The position numbers and the translations under genes are program-made. 64,000 bases of DNA, taken from assembly GCA_963846575.1 (NCBI GenBank), contig CAWJWJ010000002.1, positions 1,408,001 through 1,472,000 on the forward strand, read 5' to 3'. Of this stretch, positions 1-10,658 are shown piece after piece (positions within the stretch are counted from its first letter, which is position 1; each line of letters starts with the position of its first letter). The DNA comes from an uncultured Nitrospiraceae bacterium (GTDB taxonomy: Bacteria; Nitrospirota; Nitrospiria; Nitrospirales; Nitrospiraceae). The notes under the pieces were generated by a model, which saw only the letters and a list, made by a program, of their open reading frames with translations, was not told where the DNA came from and did no database searches.

Positions 1-408
1 TTCCGGTCGTTGTTCGTATTCGGGGTCCTGCAGGCCCTGTCGAACCTGTCCTTCTTATGGTTGGCCTGGGCAGGGAAGAGTTATTCCGTCATGGCGTTTG
101 CCGTCGGATTCGAAAATCTCACCGGCGGCATGGGTACGGCCGCCTTCGTGGCCTTGGTGATGTCCCTCTGTAATCATCGCTACACCGCCACCCAGTTCGC
201 GCTGCTCTCTTCGGTCGAAGCGCTCGGGCGCGTGTTCCTCGGCTGGCCGGCTGCAAAACTGGTGGGATTGGCGGGGTGGGGGCCGTTCTTCTTCGTCACC
301 TTTGTCGCCGCGCTGCCGGGACTCTGGCTCTTGTGGCTGCTCCGAAAGCCGGTCACGCAACATGCGGAGGTGAACGGGGGCGGGACGGAAGCCGGACTGT
401 GCTGCTAG
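1..408 (+). CDS. ampG: AmpG-like muropeptide MFS permease, C-terminal part (5' truncated by window)
   Basis: Hydrophobic helices with ENLTGGMGTAAFVALVMSLC..YTATQFALLSS, typical of the AmpG C-terminus. Confidence 0.8.
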   Translation, partial: FRSLFVFGVLQALSNLSFLWLAWAGKSYSVMAFAVGFENLTGGMGTAAFVALVMSLCNHRYTATQFALLSSVEALGRVFLGWPAAKLVGLAGWGPFFFVTFVAALPGLWLLWLLRKPVTQHAEVNGGGTEAGLCC

Positions 409-698
409 AGTTTCACTTTCTTCTGCAGAAATAGAATGAACAGCATGAGGGTCGGTAGCGGAGCCAGCACGAACGGCACCAGCCACAGCAGGACGTTTTT
501 CCCCCGCACACGGGCCTGATCGAACATCCAGATAAAGAGCCACACGAGCAGGCCGATGTAGTTCGCAGCCATCCAACGGGTGGTGTGAATCTTCAAGCCG
601 CTGATCGTCTCCGGTTCGCCCTGAGCGAAAAAGATTCCTATGAGGAGCACGAAGGCCCCCAGGAGTCCGGTAACCAGGCGTTTACTCCACACGAACAT
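405..698 (-). CDS. small membrane protein, hypothetical (97 aa)
   Basis: Three hydrophobic segments; AAGGAG RBS before the ATG. Confidence 0.7.
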   Translation of the reverse strand: MFVWSKRLVTGLLGAFVLLIGIFFAQGEPETISGLKIHTTRWMAANYIGLLVWLFIWMFDQARVRGKNVLLWLVPFVLAPLPTLMLFILFLQKKVKL

Positions 699-857
699 AT
701 TGGCTCCTTCCGCTGCGGTGAGTCGCCCGGGGCGGGCTCTGAGGGTTTTATTTCCACGAAATCGGGCGTAAGCTAAACAGGCTGAGAATATTTGTCAAAC
801 CGCCGGCCTGCGTCACCGCCTGGATTCTGAGTGCGGTTGGCCCGGGACAGGAGGGTC

Positions 858-1229
858 ATGAGTACAGGAAGGTTGTTGGCTCTGGCGGCAGGTCTGATGA
901 TGTGCGTGGGCTTGGCCGCGACCAATCCGACCATGGAGGGCTATGTCCGGTTTGTCGAGGCGCGGTTGGCGGCGGAGATCGAGAAGATGGATCAATCCGC
1001 TCCGCGGCCCGAGCGGGAATTGATAAAGAGCATCTTCCGCGCTCAGGGTAGTAAACTGGTGGAGGGACTCGTCCGGCCCAAGACCACCAGAAGTAACTGG
1101 GGTCTGCTCAGCCTGTTTGAAACGAACGTGTTGGAGGAATCGGTCCTCGTTCTTGGGATAGCGGGGCAATTCCTCCCGCTGCATGGGGTCGAGGAAGCGA
1201 CGCTGAAGGTCGGCCGGCTGGCTTTTTGA
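858..1229 (+). CDS. DUF4359-like exported protein
   Basis: GGAGG RBS and ATG at 858; signal/TM then TNP..Y, TTRSNWGLLSLFET, LGIAGQF pattern. Confidence 0.7.
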   Translation: MSTGRLLALAAGLMMCVGLAATNPTMEGYVRFVEARLAAEIEKMDQSAPRPERELIKSIFRAQGSKLVEGLVRPKTTRSNWGLLSLFETNVLEESVLVLGIAGQFLPLHGVEEATLKVGRLAF

Positions 1230-1291
1230 GCGCAGCCGGATTTTTTCTGCCGCTCTCGTCAAAAAAAGACCTTGGTGACACAGTCCGGCGC

Positions 1292-1366
1292 TGTGGATAA
1301 CCGGGTTGAAAACGGGCTGAAACCGGCTCCAAATCTGGCGGGAATGCTATCACCAGCTTATCCCCA
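1292..1366. promoter_or_regulatory. DnaA boxes upstream of nrdJ
   Basis: TGTGGATAA at 1292-1300 is a perfect reverse TTATCCACA; TTATCCCCA at 1358-1366 has one mismatch. Confidence 0.6.
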
Positions 1367-1381
1367 CTAATCACAGTTGTT

Positions 1382-1428
1382 CCACAACATTTTGTTTGAC
1401 AAAAAAAATGGATCACTATATCTAGTAG
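1382..1428 (+). promoter_or_regulatory. tandem NrdR-like boxes flanking a TTGACA -35
   Basis: CCACAACATTTTGTTT (1382-1397) and TCACTATATCTAGTAG (1413-1428), starts 31 bp apart, resemble acaCwAtATaTwGtg; TTGACA at 1396-1401. Confidence 0.75.
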
Positions 1429-1562
1429 GTATCCGACGGCTGGAAGAGAAATTGACGAAGATCCTGACCCCTGTGGACTAGCTTTTTTTCATCAGACCAG
1501 GCTCATCACCGCCACCCGTCATTTGCATCAATTGTCAGGCACCCGTTCGAAGGAGGAAACCA

Positions 1563-4500
1563 GTGAGGATTGAACGAAGATTCACCAAGCGTGGGCAGAG
1601 CCCCTATGAGGGTCTTACGTTCGTACAACGTTCCTCGGAGATCCGGAATCCCGACGGCTCGACGGTTTTCAAATTAGACCATATCGATGTGCCCGAGCAC
1701 TGGACCCAGCTGGCGATCGACATCCTGGCCCAAAAATACTTCCGCAAAGCCGGAGTTCCGCAGGTACATGAGGATGGGACGCCGGTTGTGGACGCGAGCG
1801 GCAAGCCGGTTTTAGGGGGCGAGCGCGATGCCCGGCAAGTGTTTGGGCGTTTGGCCGGTTGCTGGACCTTCTGGGGCAAGAATCACGGCTACTTCAAAAC
1901 GGCCGAAGACGCGACGGCCTTCCACGATGAGATGTGCTACATGCTGGCCTACCAGATGGCCGCTCCCAACAGTCCCCAGTGGTTCAACACCGGCCTGCAC
2001 TATGCCTACGGATTGTCGGGCCCGGCACAGGGTCACTTTTACGTCGATCCCACCCTGGGAGAGGTCGTTCGGGCGACGAATGCCTTCGAACATCCGCAGC
2101 CCCATGCCTGCTTCATCCAATCCATCGAGGATGACCTGGTCAACGAGAACGGCATCATGGATCTGTGGGTTCGCGAGGCGCGGCTCTTCAAGTACGGGTC
2201 CGGGACCGGCACCAATTTCTCACGGTTGCGCGGTGATGGAGAATCCCTGTCCGGCGGCGGCCGGTCCTCCGGCCTCATGTCGTTCCTGAAGATCGGCGAC
2301 CGCGCCGCCGGGGCGATCAAATCCGGCGGAACGACCAGACGCGCGGCCAAAATGGTGTGCCTGGACCTCGACCATCCGGACATTGAGGAATTCATCGATT
2401 GGAAAGTCGTCGAAGAGCAGAAGGTGGCGGCGATGGTCACCGGCTCGAAGATCTGCGCCCAACGCCTCAACGCCGTGCTCAAGGCCTGCCTGCTGGTCGA
2501 TGCCGAAGGCCTGGGCCACGTGGAGTTGGATCTGAAGAAAAACCAGCTGCTGCGCGATGCCGTGATGGCGGCCAGACGCGACATGGTGCCGGAAGCCTAT
2601 ATCCATCGCATGTTCGAGTATGCGAATCAGGGCTACACCCATTTTGTGTTTCATGAGTACGATACCAATTGGGACGGTAAGGCCTATCAGACCGTCTCCG
2701 GACAGAATTCCAACAATAGCGTGCGTATTCCGAACGGCTTCTTCGAGGTGCTGGAGCGGGACGGCGATTGGGAGCTGCGGCGCCGGATTGACGGCAAGGT
2801 CAGCAAGACGATCAAGGCCCGCGACCTGTGGGACAAGATCGCCTGGGCGGCCTGGATCTGCGCCGATCCCGGCACGCAGTACGACACGACCATCAACGAA
2901 TGGCACACCTGCCCCGAAGATGGGCGGATCAACGCCTCGAACCCCTGTTCCGAATACATGTTTCTGGATGACACCGCCTGCAACCTGGCCTCGCTCAACC
3001 TCTCAAAGTTTTTTAACACCGAGGGAGAGTTCGACCTGGATTCCTTCCGCCACGCGGTCCGGTTGTGGACGATCGCGCTGGAAATCAGCGTGTTGATGGC
3101 CTCGTTTCCGAGCCGGGCGATCGCCCAGAAGAGTTATGAATTCCGTACGCTGGGGCTGGGGTACGCCAATCTCGGCACGATCCTCATGCGGCAGAGCATT
3201 CCCTACGATTCGCCGAAAGCGGTGGCGATTTGCGGCGCGATCACGGCGATCATGACGGGAGAGTCCTATGCGACCTCCGCGGAAATGGCCGCGGAGATCG
3301 GGCCGTTTCCCGCATACAACAAGAACCGGGAGTCGATGTTGCGCGTCATCCGGAACCACCGGCGGGCGGCATACAGCGCGGCCACGCATGAGTATGAAGG
3401 CCTCTCGATTCTGCCGACGTCGATTCAGCCCGAGCAATGTCCGCCGGCGATGCTGCTGGCGGCCAGACGCGCCTGGGACCGCGCATTGGAATTGGGCGCG
3501 GCCTATGGTTTCCGTAACGCCCAGGTGACGGTCATCGCGCCGACCGGTACGATCGGTCTGGTCATGGATTGCGATACGACCGGCATCGAGCCGGATTTTG
3601 CCCTGGTCAAGTTCAAGAAACTGGCGGGCGGCGGATACTTCAAGATCATCAACCAGAGCCTGCCGCCGGCTCTGGCGGCGCTCGGCTATACCGACGCGCA
3701 GATCCAGAATATCGTTGCCTACTGCGCGGGCCATCAAACCCTGCAGGGAGCGCCCTTCATCAATCATGAAATGCTCCGCCAGAAGGGTTTCGACGACGCG
3801 GCGTTGGAGCGATTGGAGAGTTCCCTGGCGCAGGCCTTCGAGATCCAGTTCGTCTTCAACAAGTTCAACCTGGGCGAGGAGTTCTGCCGGGAGAAGCTTG
3901 GTTTGACCGATGCGCAACTGGCGGACCCGACCTTCAATATGTTGAAGACCCTGGGCTTCACCCAGGAAGAGGTGGCGGCGGCCAACGATTATTGCTGCGG
4001 CACCATGACCGTCGAGGGGGCGCCCCATCTCAAGGCGGAACATCTGCCCATCTTCGACTGCGCCAATCGCTGCGGACGGATCGGCCAACGTTACATCGCG
4101 GTGGATGCGCATATCCGCATGATGGCCGCGGCCCAGCCCTTCATCAGCGGCGCCATCAGCAAGACCATCAACATGCCGGCGGATTCCACGCTGGAAGATG
4201 TCAAGGCCGCCTATCTGTTCGCCTGGAAGAGCATGGTCAAGGCGGTCGCACTCTATCGTGACGGCTCGAAGTTGAGCCAGCCGCTGAATGCATCCTCAGA
4301 CAGCGGAAAAGGCGAGGAGGCCGCGGCGCCGACCGTCATGTCCGTGGCGGAGAAAGTGGCCGAGCGAGTGCTGGTGCGGTATCTGGCCAAGCGGCGACCA
4401 CTGCCGTCCCGCCGAAGCGGGTACACGCAGAAGGCCATCATCGGCGGCCACAAGTTGTACCTTCGAACCGGAGAATACGAAGACGGGACCCTCGGCGAAA

Positions 4501-5108
4501 TTTTCCTGGACATGCATAAGGAAGGGGCGGCCTTCCGGAGCTTGATGAATAATTTCGCGATCGCGATTTCGCTCGGCCTGCAGCATGGCGTGCCGCTGGA
4601 GGAGTTTGTTGAAGCGTTCGTGTTTACCCGGTTCGAGCCGAACGGGCCGGTGAAACTCAACGACCGTATCAAGATGGCCACGTCGATCATCGATTACATC
4701 TTCCGTGAACTGGCCATCACCTATCTCGAACGTGCGGATCTCTCGCAGGTGCGGGAGGACGATCTCCGCATGGACTCCATGAAGAAAGACGAGCAGGATC
4801 CTGAATGCGTGGCGGAAGAGGCCGATATGACGGCGTTGGCGAAATCGTCGATTCTCACCGAACATTTACCTGTGCGGCGAAACGGGATGAACGGCGGGAA
4901 TGGCCATACCCACAGACCGGGTAATGGTAGCGTGGCCCATAAGGTGGAACTCAAGCGTGAGACGTTGACCGTCACCTCGGTGCGGCAGGAAGCCAAGGAA
5001 AAAGGGTATGAGGGCGATCCCTGTCAGAACTGCAAACAGTTCACACTCGTGAGAAACGGAACCTGTTTGAAATGCATGAGCTGCGGAGAGACCAGCGGCT
5101 GTTCATAG
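1563..5108 (+). CDS. nrdJ: adenosylcobalamin-dependent (class II) ribonucleotide reductase
   Basis: [37 protein letters not shown] motifs; C-terminal TSCPD-like region and CxxC..CxxC ribbon. Confidence 0.97.
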   Translation: MRIERRFTKRGQSPYEGLTFVQRSSEIRNPDGSTVFKLDHIDVPEHWTQLAIDILAQKYFRKAGVPQVHEDGTPVVDASGKPVLGGERDARQVFGRLAGCWTFWGKNHGYFKTAEDATAFHDEMCYMLAYQMAAPNSPQWFNTGLHYAYGLSGPAQGHFYVDPTLGEVVRATNAFEHPQPHACFIQSIEDDLVNENGIMDLWVREARLFKYGSGTGTNFSRLRGDGESLSGGGRSSGLMSFLKIGDRAAGAIKSGGTTRRAAKMVCLDLDHPDIEEFIDWKVVEEQKVAAMVTGSKICAQRLNAVLKACLLVDAEGLGHVELDLKKNQLLRDAVMAARRDMVPEAYIHRMFEYANQGYTHFVFHEYDTNWDGKAYQTVSGQNSNNSVRIPNGFFEVLERDGDWELRRRIDGKVSKTIKARDLWDKIAWAAWICADPGTQYDTTINEWHTCPEDGRINASNPCSEYMFLDDTACNLASLNLSKFFNTEGEFDLDSFRHAVRLWTIALEISVLMASFPSRAIAQKSYEFRTLGLGYANLGTILMRQSIPYDSPKAVAICGAITAIMTGESYATSAEMAAEIGPFPAYNKNRESMLRVIRNHRRAAYSAATHEYEGLSILPTSIQPEQCPPAMLLAARRAWDRALELGAAYGFRNAQVTVIAPTGTIGLVMDCDTTGIEPDFALVKFKKLAGGGYFKIINQSLPPALAALGYTDAQIQNIVAYCAGHQTLQGAPFINHEMLRQKGFDDAALERLESSLAQAFEIQFVFNKFNLGEEFCREKLGLTDAQLADPTFNMLKTLGFTQEEVAAANDYCCGTMTVEGAPHLKAEHLPIFDCANRCGRIGQRYIAVDAHIRMMAAAQPFISGAISKTINMPADSTLEDVKAAYLFAWKSMVKAVALYRDGSKLSQPLNASSDSGKGEEAAAPTVMSVAEKVAERVLVRYLAKRRPLPSRRSGYTQKAIIGGHKLYLRTGEYEDGTLGEIFLDMHKEGAAFRSLMNNFAIAISLGLQHGVPLEEFVEAFVFTRFEPNGPVKLNDRIKMATSIIDYIFRELAITYLERADLSQVREDDLRMDSMKKDEQDPECVAEEADMTALAKSSILTEHLPVRRNGMNGGNGHTHRPGNGSVAHKVELKRETLTVTSVRQEAKEKGYEGDPCQNCKQFTLVRNGTCLKCMSCGETSGCS

Positions 5109-5139
5109 AGGAACGATAGACAAAGCCGTCAGCATACCG

Positions 5140-5195
5140 GAAAGGCCGCAACTGCCGAGGATTCTACTCTAAGGCGGGGGCGGCCTTTCTGTTTT
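5140..5195 (+). terminator. intrinsic terminator after nrdJ
   Basis: GAAAGGCCGC...GCGGCCTTTC stem followed by TGTTTT. Confidence 0.8.
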
Positions 5196-5496
5196 CGATG
5201 GAGTGCTCGCGGTACCTGACCGCCGAGGCGGCGATCAATGAAGAGGTTATTCAACCGGTGCGTCGCCGCAAGCGTTCAAGAGATCCGGCATCGGGTCAGA
5301 CCGGGAGTTGAGTTCGAGCGGGGAGGAATCCCCGTGGAAGGTGTGTGACGACGTCTAGATGGCTCGACGAGCGGAGCGCTCAAGATCGAGGGAGTAGCTC
5401 GTAATTCCTACCCTGGATAACCACTGTCGGTTTGGTGGGCCACAGTGCGGTTTCGACTCAGTGTTGCCGCGCCATGTGAGCAGCGCCGGGGGTCAT

Positions 5497-5676
5497 TTAT
5501 GTTTTTTGTTTTTCATGGAGATACGTGGCCCTCAGGCTTCCTGCGATGACGTTGACGGTCTTGATGTCGTCTTCCTGTCCCGCGAATATTTTCGCTGCGA
5601 CCTCCCTGTGTTTTTTAATGTATTCCACTGCTGCGTCGAGTACACGGGCCTCCTCTAACGTCAAATCCAGTTTCAT
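5497..5676 (-). CDS. small hypothetical protein (59 aa, MKLDLTLEEARVL...)
   Basis: GGAGG RBS before the ATG at 5676; protein-like helical composition. Confidence 0.55.
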   Translation of the reverse strand: MKLDLTLEEARVLDAAVEYIKKHREVAAKIFAGQEDDIKTVNVIAGSLRATYLHEKQKT

Positions 5677-6175
5677 GATTCCCTCCATTCCTGGGTAACG
5701 AGCTTCAGGCATACCGCAGGTGCTGATCAGGTGTGGGTCCAATAATAAATCACCAATTTGATCGGTTCAATTTATATGGCAGTCCGCCGAAATCAATCCA
5801 CTTGGGTTGAGTGTTTCGCATAGTCGTAGGCTATTGCGGGAGGCCGCAGGCTTTTGATGCGGCCGCCTCACGATCATCGCGGGGATCCCTACACAGCGTT
5901 TTTGGTGCGGGCAATACAACCAATAAAAATGTTTTCCCCCACTGAAATTCACTACGAAATGCTGTGGCTTTTTGCGCCAACCCATGGACGATCGTTGACC
6001 CGGAATGCCCCAAGTTGCGCCACTCGTTTCTCTGCCTGGCACCATTCCAAGGCCTCGGATCTTCCGAATTCCCCGAGAATTTCGCCTTTGGTGCGGCCTC
6101 CAATCCGCCCTGGTCTCCGGCATACAACCTGCTAGGTTTTTGGCATCATCCCATCACATATCAGTAGAGGGGAAC

Positions 6176-6436
6176 ATGGAGACTCGAACTCGGATCGATC
6201 GCCGACTGTTCGATTTCATTGGCCGGTCCCCTGGCTGCACAATCGATGACATTCTGCTCGAATGTCGTGATCTGTCCTGGAACCAGGTCTTCTTCGCTCT
6301 CGACCGATTGACCCGGGAGGGCAGAGTCAGGTTGTTCCCCGTGGGACGGGGACTCTATCAGGTCCATCTCTCGCACGACGCTCCTGTCGGGGGATATCAA
6401 GAGTCTGCGCGCCGGTCTTCCCACTCAAGCCTGTAA
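6176..6436 (+). CDS. small winged-helix-like hypothetical protein
   Basis: GAGGGG RBS; PGCTIDDILLECRDLSWNQVFFALDRLTREGRVRL has an HTH-plus-wing pattern. Confidence 0.6.
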   Translation: METRTRIDRRLFDFIGRSPGCTIDDILLECRDLSWNQVFFALDRLTREGRVRLFPVGRGLYQVHLSHDAPVGGYQESARRSSHSSL

Positions 6437-6779
6437 ATCGGGCAGCTCGGCCGGGTGTGTTAACGGGACCTCATCCCGCCGTAGGCCTGGTATCGACCCT
6501 CCTTCCCACCGCAGGATGTGTCCTCCAGGTCATGTGTGTACCGGTCGTTCGTGATGATGGCGCGAACGCGAGAAGCGGAGAACGGGGAGTCGATTCTTAC
6601 GTCGCACAATCACCTGCGTGAGATTCAGCCTTCGACTGTTCTGGTATTGGGAGTTCCTCAGCTCTCCTCATGCTTGCAGCCTGTCCTGACTGGCTCGTCG
6701 ATTCCTTTCGTCGCCTGCCCGATGTCGATTATTGGGACAACTATTGTTGTCCGCATCCAATAACTTAGCGACGTGCCAA

Positions 6780-6824
6780 CCAGGGTTTCATCCAGGTCAC
6801 GAGTCCTGTTCAGAAGAGTACGCT
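6780..6824 (+). promoter_or_regulatory. degenerate CTAG-N8-CTAG box plus -10 for the NtrC-type gene
   Basis: CCAGGGTTTCATCCAG 6780-6795, 23-nt gap, TACGCT 6819-6824. Confidence 0.5.
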
Positions 6825-6879
6825 GCAGGGGTGTTGGAGTCTAATCGGGATATTCCTTTCACACCCATAGGTAGAGACC

Positions 6880-8241
6880 ATGACATCTTCACGTCCCCGT
6901 ATTCTGATTGTTGAGGACCATGCCGCCACGGTCGCCGTCCTGGAAGAGATCCTGTCGCAGGAGGGCTACGAGATCCTGTCCGCTCCGGACGCGATGGCCG
7001 CGCAGGCCCAATTGAGACAGTCGTCCGTGGATCTCATTCTGACCGACCTCAATCTTCCTCACATGGACGGGTTAACGCTCCTGACGCAGCTCCGTTCCCA
7101 GACGCCGGAGATCCCGGTCGTCTTGATGACGGCTTTCGGCTCACTTAAGTCCGCCGTGGATGGATTGAAGGCGGGAGCCTTCGACTATTTGAGCAAACCT
7201 TTCACGGGAGATGAAGTGCGGATGGTGGCCAGGCGCGCGTTGGAGCAGCGGCAGAGTTCCATGCCGAATCATGCCGCGAGCCAACGCCCGGCGGCACGCT
7301 CCTCATTCGATAATCTGATCGGCAGCAGTCCCGCGATGGTACACGTCTACAAGGCCGTGGCCCGGGTCGCGCAATCGGACACGACCGTTCTCTTACAAGG
7401 AGAAAGCGGAACCGGCAAGGAGCTCATAGCCAGGGCTATCCACGACAATGGTCCCCGGAGCGGGGGACCCTTTATCACCGTCGATGGTGCGGCCCTGGCG
7501 GAAACCCTGCTCGAATCCGAGTTGTTCGGCCACGAGCGAGGGTCGTTCACAGGAGCCATTTCGACTCGAAAGGGATTGCTGGAACGGGCGCACCTCGGCA
7601 CCTGTTTTCTGGACGAAGTGGCAGATCTGTCCCCCGCTTTGCAGGGCAAACTGCTGCGCGTGATCCAGGAAAAAGAAATCCGCCGGGTCGGGAGCAATGC
7701 ATCGACTATGCTGGATGTGCGGATCATCGCTGCCTCAAAAACCCCTCTTGAGCCGATGGTCAAGGCGGGGACCTTTCGCGAGGATCTGTACTACCGCATG
7801 AACGTGGTGACGATCGACCTTCCGCCGCTCCGCGAACGGGCCGAGGATATCCCGCTTCTCGCGGACATGTTCGTTCGATCCTACGGGTCCAGAAAAACTC
7901 CGCCGGTGACGGAGATCTCTCCCGAGGCCATGCGGCTTCTCACCCAGTATTGGTGGCCTGGAAACGTCCGTGAATTGGAACATGCCATCGAGCGGGCCGT
8001 GGCGCTGAGTCCCTATTCGGTCATTTGCCCCGAGGATCTGCCTTCTGCGGTCAAGGAGCCTCGGCCTCAGACGGTCGCCCGGGCGCAAGGCTGGGTCACC
8101 CTCGAAGATCTGGAGCGCGACCACATTCTGCGCGTGCTGGATTCCCACGAGCGGGACCTGGGTCGGTCGGCCGTGGTGCTGGGTATCCATCGTAAGACAC
8201 TGTTGCGCAAACTCCGTCAGTATGGAATGGCCGCCGGCTAA
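6880..8241 (+). CDS. sigma54-dependent response regulator (REC-AAA+-HTH_8, NtrC/ZraR/AtoC family)
   Basis: REC domain, GESGTGKE Walker A, GSFTGA loop, FLDEV, WPGNVREL, Fis-type HTH. Confidence 0.95.
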   Translation: MTSSRPRILIVEDHAATVAVLEEILSQEGYEILSAPDAMAAQAQLRQSSVDLILTDLNLPHMDGLTLLTQLRSQTPEIPVVLMTAFGSLKSAVDGLKAGAFDYLSKPFTGDEVRMVARRALEQRQSSMPNHAASQRPAARSSFDNLIGSSPAMVHVYKAVARVAQSDTTVLLQGESGTGKELIARAIHDNGPRSGGPFITVDGAALAETLLESELFGHERGSFTGAISTRKGLLERAHLGTCFLDEVADLSPALQGKLLRVIQEKEIRRVGSNASTMLDVRIIAASKTPLEPMVKAGTFREDLYYRMNVVTIDLPPLRERAEDIPLLADMFVRSYGSRKTPPVTEISPEAMRLLTQYWWPGNVRELEHAIERAVALSPYSVICPEDLPSAVKEPRPQTVARAQGWVTLEDLERDHILRVLDSHERDLGRSAVVLGIHRKTLLRKLRQYGMAAG

Positions 8242-8284
8242 GCACAGGTCGGCGGCCATTCCCTCTGATTCGGTCAGACCTTCT

Positions 8285-9124
8285 TCATCGTGCTGCAGGC
8301 GGAATGGCCACATCGATGACTTTGTTGTCGGTGTCAACCAGCAGGATCACCGCGTCGCCTTTTCGGAGTCCCGCCATCTTCGATTGAATGACTTCGCGTA
8401 CCTCGTAAGGCTTTTCGGCCCCCGCGCCGGTACGTATCGTGATCCGATTGGATTCAAGGGGTGTGGCCACGGTGCCGTCGACCTGTTTATGCGCACCCTT
8501 GATCGGTGATTTGCGCTCCGCATTCCGCTCGGCGTCTTTGACGGCCTTGATATTGGCAAACCCCACGTCCGCAATCTGATTCGTTTCGTCCAGGAGAAAC
8601 ACGGCCGTCACTCCCACCGGGACCGCTGCCATCTTGCTTCGCGCTTGTGAGCGGATCGTATATGATTGTTCCTTGCCTTCGGCTTTGATCACGGCCGTCT
8701 CCTGGCCGATAGTCAGGTTCTGAGCGAGTTCGCCTCTGATGACTGTATGGGCGCTCGATTCCCCGTCGACCGGATGATAATCCACTAACAGGTTTTCCGC
8801 ATTCAGGACCACGATCAGCTCATCGCCCTCCTTGATGGTCTCGAACCCCTTCTGCCGCGCCTGCTTGAGCGGAAGGAAGCGCGGTTGCACTTCGCCTATA
8901 TCGAGCTTGATCTGGTCGGAGGTGATCGCTTCAACCTTTCCCAAGACCGACCGATTCGCCTTCAACATTTCTTGGGCGTCTCGACGAAGTTCCTCCTTCT
9001 GCTGCTTCTGTGCTTCGGCCCATGCAGGAGAGGAAAACTGACCGAGTGCCAGCAGTGATGCGGCAAAGATCGTCGTACCTCGAATCGTCGTGGTGAATAA
9101 CAAAGATTTTGGTTTCTGACTCAT
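8285..9124 (-). CDS. exported protein with three repeated beta (OB-like) modules
   Basis: Signal peptide (PAWA-E); repeats ending ..GD.xIxxxxxxN.xxDx three times. Confidence 0.8.
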   Translation of the reverse strand: MSQKPKSLLFTTTIRGTTIFAASLLALGQFSSPAWAEAQKQQKEELRRDAQEMLKANRSVLGKVEAITSDQIKLDIGEVQPRFLPLKQARQKGFETIKEGDELIVVLNAENLLVDYHPVDGESSAHTVIRGELAQNLTIGQETAVIKAEGKEQSYTIRSQARSKMAAVPVGVTAVFLLDETNQIADVGFANIKAVKDAERNAERKSPIKGAHKQVDGTVATPLESNRITIRTGAGAEKPYEVREVIQSKMAGLRKGDAVILLVDTDNKVIDVAIPPAAR

Positions 9125-9188
9125 GCTTGCTCCTCCTGGTTCAAAACGCCTGTTTGATTCCGTATGACTTCGCGTACAGTCAAACTAA

Positions 9189-9204
9189 AGCAAGACACGG
9201 GCCT
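9189..9204 (-). promoter_or_regulatory. putative sigma54 -24/-12 promoter
   Basis: Minus strand AGGCCCG-TGTC-TTGCT, correct GG-N10-GC spacing, about 65 nt before the ATG at 9124. Confidence 0.45.
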
Positions 9205-9641
9205 TGAACCAATTTGACGTAGCCGGACGCGTCGACTCCATAACATCGCGGTCTTCCAGCGTGAATCGAATCGTTTCTGTATGGGAAAAAGATCAGACTG
9301 GAGAGGACAAACTGTCTCCGGACGGACAACCCATCCTCGGACGAGGCGACAGGGTGAGACGGCTTGTCTGACGGATTTCGGACGCATACGAAGGCACGTG
9401 CCGCGTGAAAGCGGCAAGTCCAGACTGGCGTCGCCCTCGCTACATGCCCGGTCCCGTAAATGGCAAGGGTCGCTCCCCTGCGGAAACGAGTCCCGGCACC
9501 GCTCTTGCTGAGCAAGAGTTCAGCTGTGGGGCCCGCAATCGATGCGGTCAGCCCGGGAGAGTAGGCTGCTCGCGGCTCGCACGTGAGAGCCGTGGCTGCC
9601 CGACCTGTTGATCTTATCGGGCTTCGCCAGCGTCCGGTAAA

Positions 9642-9681
9642 GGTTCCTGTGAGTACTGTGATGGTTCCTGTGAGTACTGTG
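9642..9681. repeat. 19-bp direct duplication
   Basis: GGTTCCTGTGAGTACTGTG at 9642-9660 and 9663-9681. Confidence 0.9.
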
Positions 9682-9717
9682 TTGGAGTTGACGGCAAGCG
9701 AGGCTCGATGGCGAACC

Positions 9718-9873
9718 ATGCCCTTGATCGTCTTGTTGCTCGAGGTGCTGGCCAGTCTGCAGTTCTTGAAGAAGGTCAATGATCGGAGAATGCCCGTCTG
9801 GCCCGCCTTCTGGAGAGGCGAGTCGGGTATGGCGCTGGGCGGTTATGAAGTGGAGACGGCAGGGAGGACGTGA
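9718..9873 (+). pseudogene. probable remnant of a VKOR-family C-terminus
   Basis: EVLASLQFLKK...VWPAFWRG resembles the VKOR-to-SPW junction from memory; the CxxC part is absent. Confidence 0.4.
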
Positions 9874-10226
9874 TCGTGTGGGCGCTCTCCATCACCATCG
9901 TGCTTGGTATCTGGTTAGCCGCCGCTCCGGACATCCTGGGGTATGGCGGGCTGGCTCGCGCCAACAACCAGGTCGTCGGTGTGTTGCTGGCCAGCTTCGG
10001 CATGGTCGCTCTATCTGAGTGCATGCGGGCCTTGCGTTGGGCCAACCTGATTCTGGGCCTGTGGCTGGTGGTTGCGCCTTTCGTCCTGGACTATAGAGAT
10101 GAGCGGGCCGTCGGCAGTCTCGCTGTCGGAATCGCCGCGACTGTCTTGGCATTCGTCAGGGGGAGCCTCTCGGAACGCTTCGGCGGAGGGTGGTCCGTCT
10201 TGTGGAAAGGCGCGGAGCGTAACTGA
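9870..10226 (+). CDS. SPW-repeat membrane protein
   Basis: LGIWLAAAP and LGLWLVVAPF repeats; GGGWSVLW tail. Confidence 0.8.
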   Translation: MIVWALSITIVLGIWLAAAPDILGYGGLARANNQVVGVLLASFGMVALSECMRALRWANLILGLWLVVAPFVLDYRDERAVGSLAVGIAATVLAFVRGSLSERFGGGWSVLWKGAERN

Positions 10227-10249
10227 CAATCATCGGAAGGACGAGAACC

Positions 10250-10411
10250 ATGCCTAGATCAGCACCAGTGAGGGAACCGGGTCCCAAGAAACCGCCCAGG
10301 GAGGAACCGCCGGATGACCCTCCCACAAGGGAAGATCCGCCGGCGGACGAACCATTGCGAAAGGACCCGGACGAAGGAAACGGTCCGATGAAGCTGGAGG
10401 TGACGTCATGA
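10250..10411 (+). CDS. Pro/acidic microprotein (53 aa), not in ORF track
   Basis: MPRSAPVREPGPKKPPREEPPDDPPTREDPPADEPLRKDPDEGNGPMKLEVTS; AAGGA RBS; ATGA overlap with the next gene. Confidence 0.6.
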   Translation: MPRSAPVREPGPKKPPREEPPDDPPTREDPPADEPLRKDPDEGNGPMKLEVTS

Positions 10412-10608
10412 CGACCCTACTCGTGGCCACTGTGTTTCTGGGCATCATCATTAGCGCGTTGTATGCATTCGGGATCTTCAACACGCCCTATACGGACGCG
10501 TTCCGGTTCGGGTTTTATTTTCTCTTAGTGGTGGGACTGGTCGCGGTCGTGGTGACGATGGGTCGGAATCCGTTTGAAGGCTACGACCCCACGCCGGGCA
10601 CCCCGTAG
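10408..10608 (+). CDS. two-TM small membrane protein
   Basis: GGAGG RBS; two hydrophobic helices. Confidence 0.65.
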   Translation: MTTLLVATVFLGIIISALYAFGIFNTPYTDAFRFGFYFLLVVGLVAVVVTMGRNPFEGYDPTPGTP

Positions 10609-10658
10609 CAGAGTTAACGGTCGATGTGTGATTCGATGTGTCAATGGAGGGTTCTGTA

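Noticed and set aside
1421..1481. CTAG tetramers in the nrdJ promoter
   Set aside because: No partner at N8 spacing; the first belongs to the NrdR-like box
1563..5108. Possible intein in the long nrdJ
   Set aside because: No intein splice-junction or LAGLIDADG motifs seen; the extra length fits ordinary insertions and the C-terminal domain
5433..5459. Reverse strand ends in GGCCCACCA, like a tRNA 3' end or att remnant at the cluster boundary
   Set aside because: Only 9 nt match, T-arm spacing is wrong, and no integrase is present
9642..9681. Direct repeats as a CRISPR array
   Set aside because: Two copies only, 2-nt spacer, no cas genes
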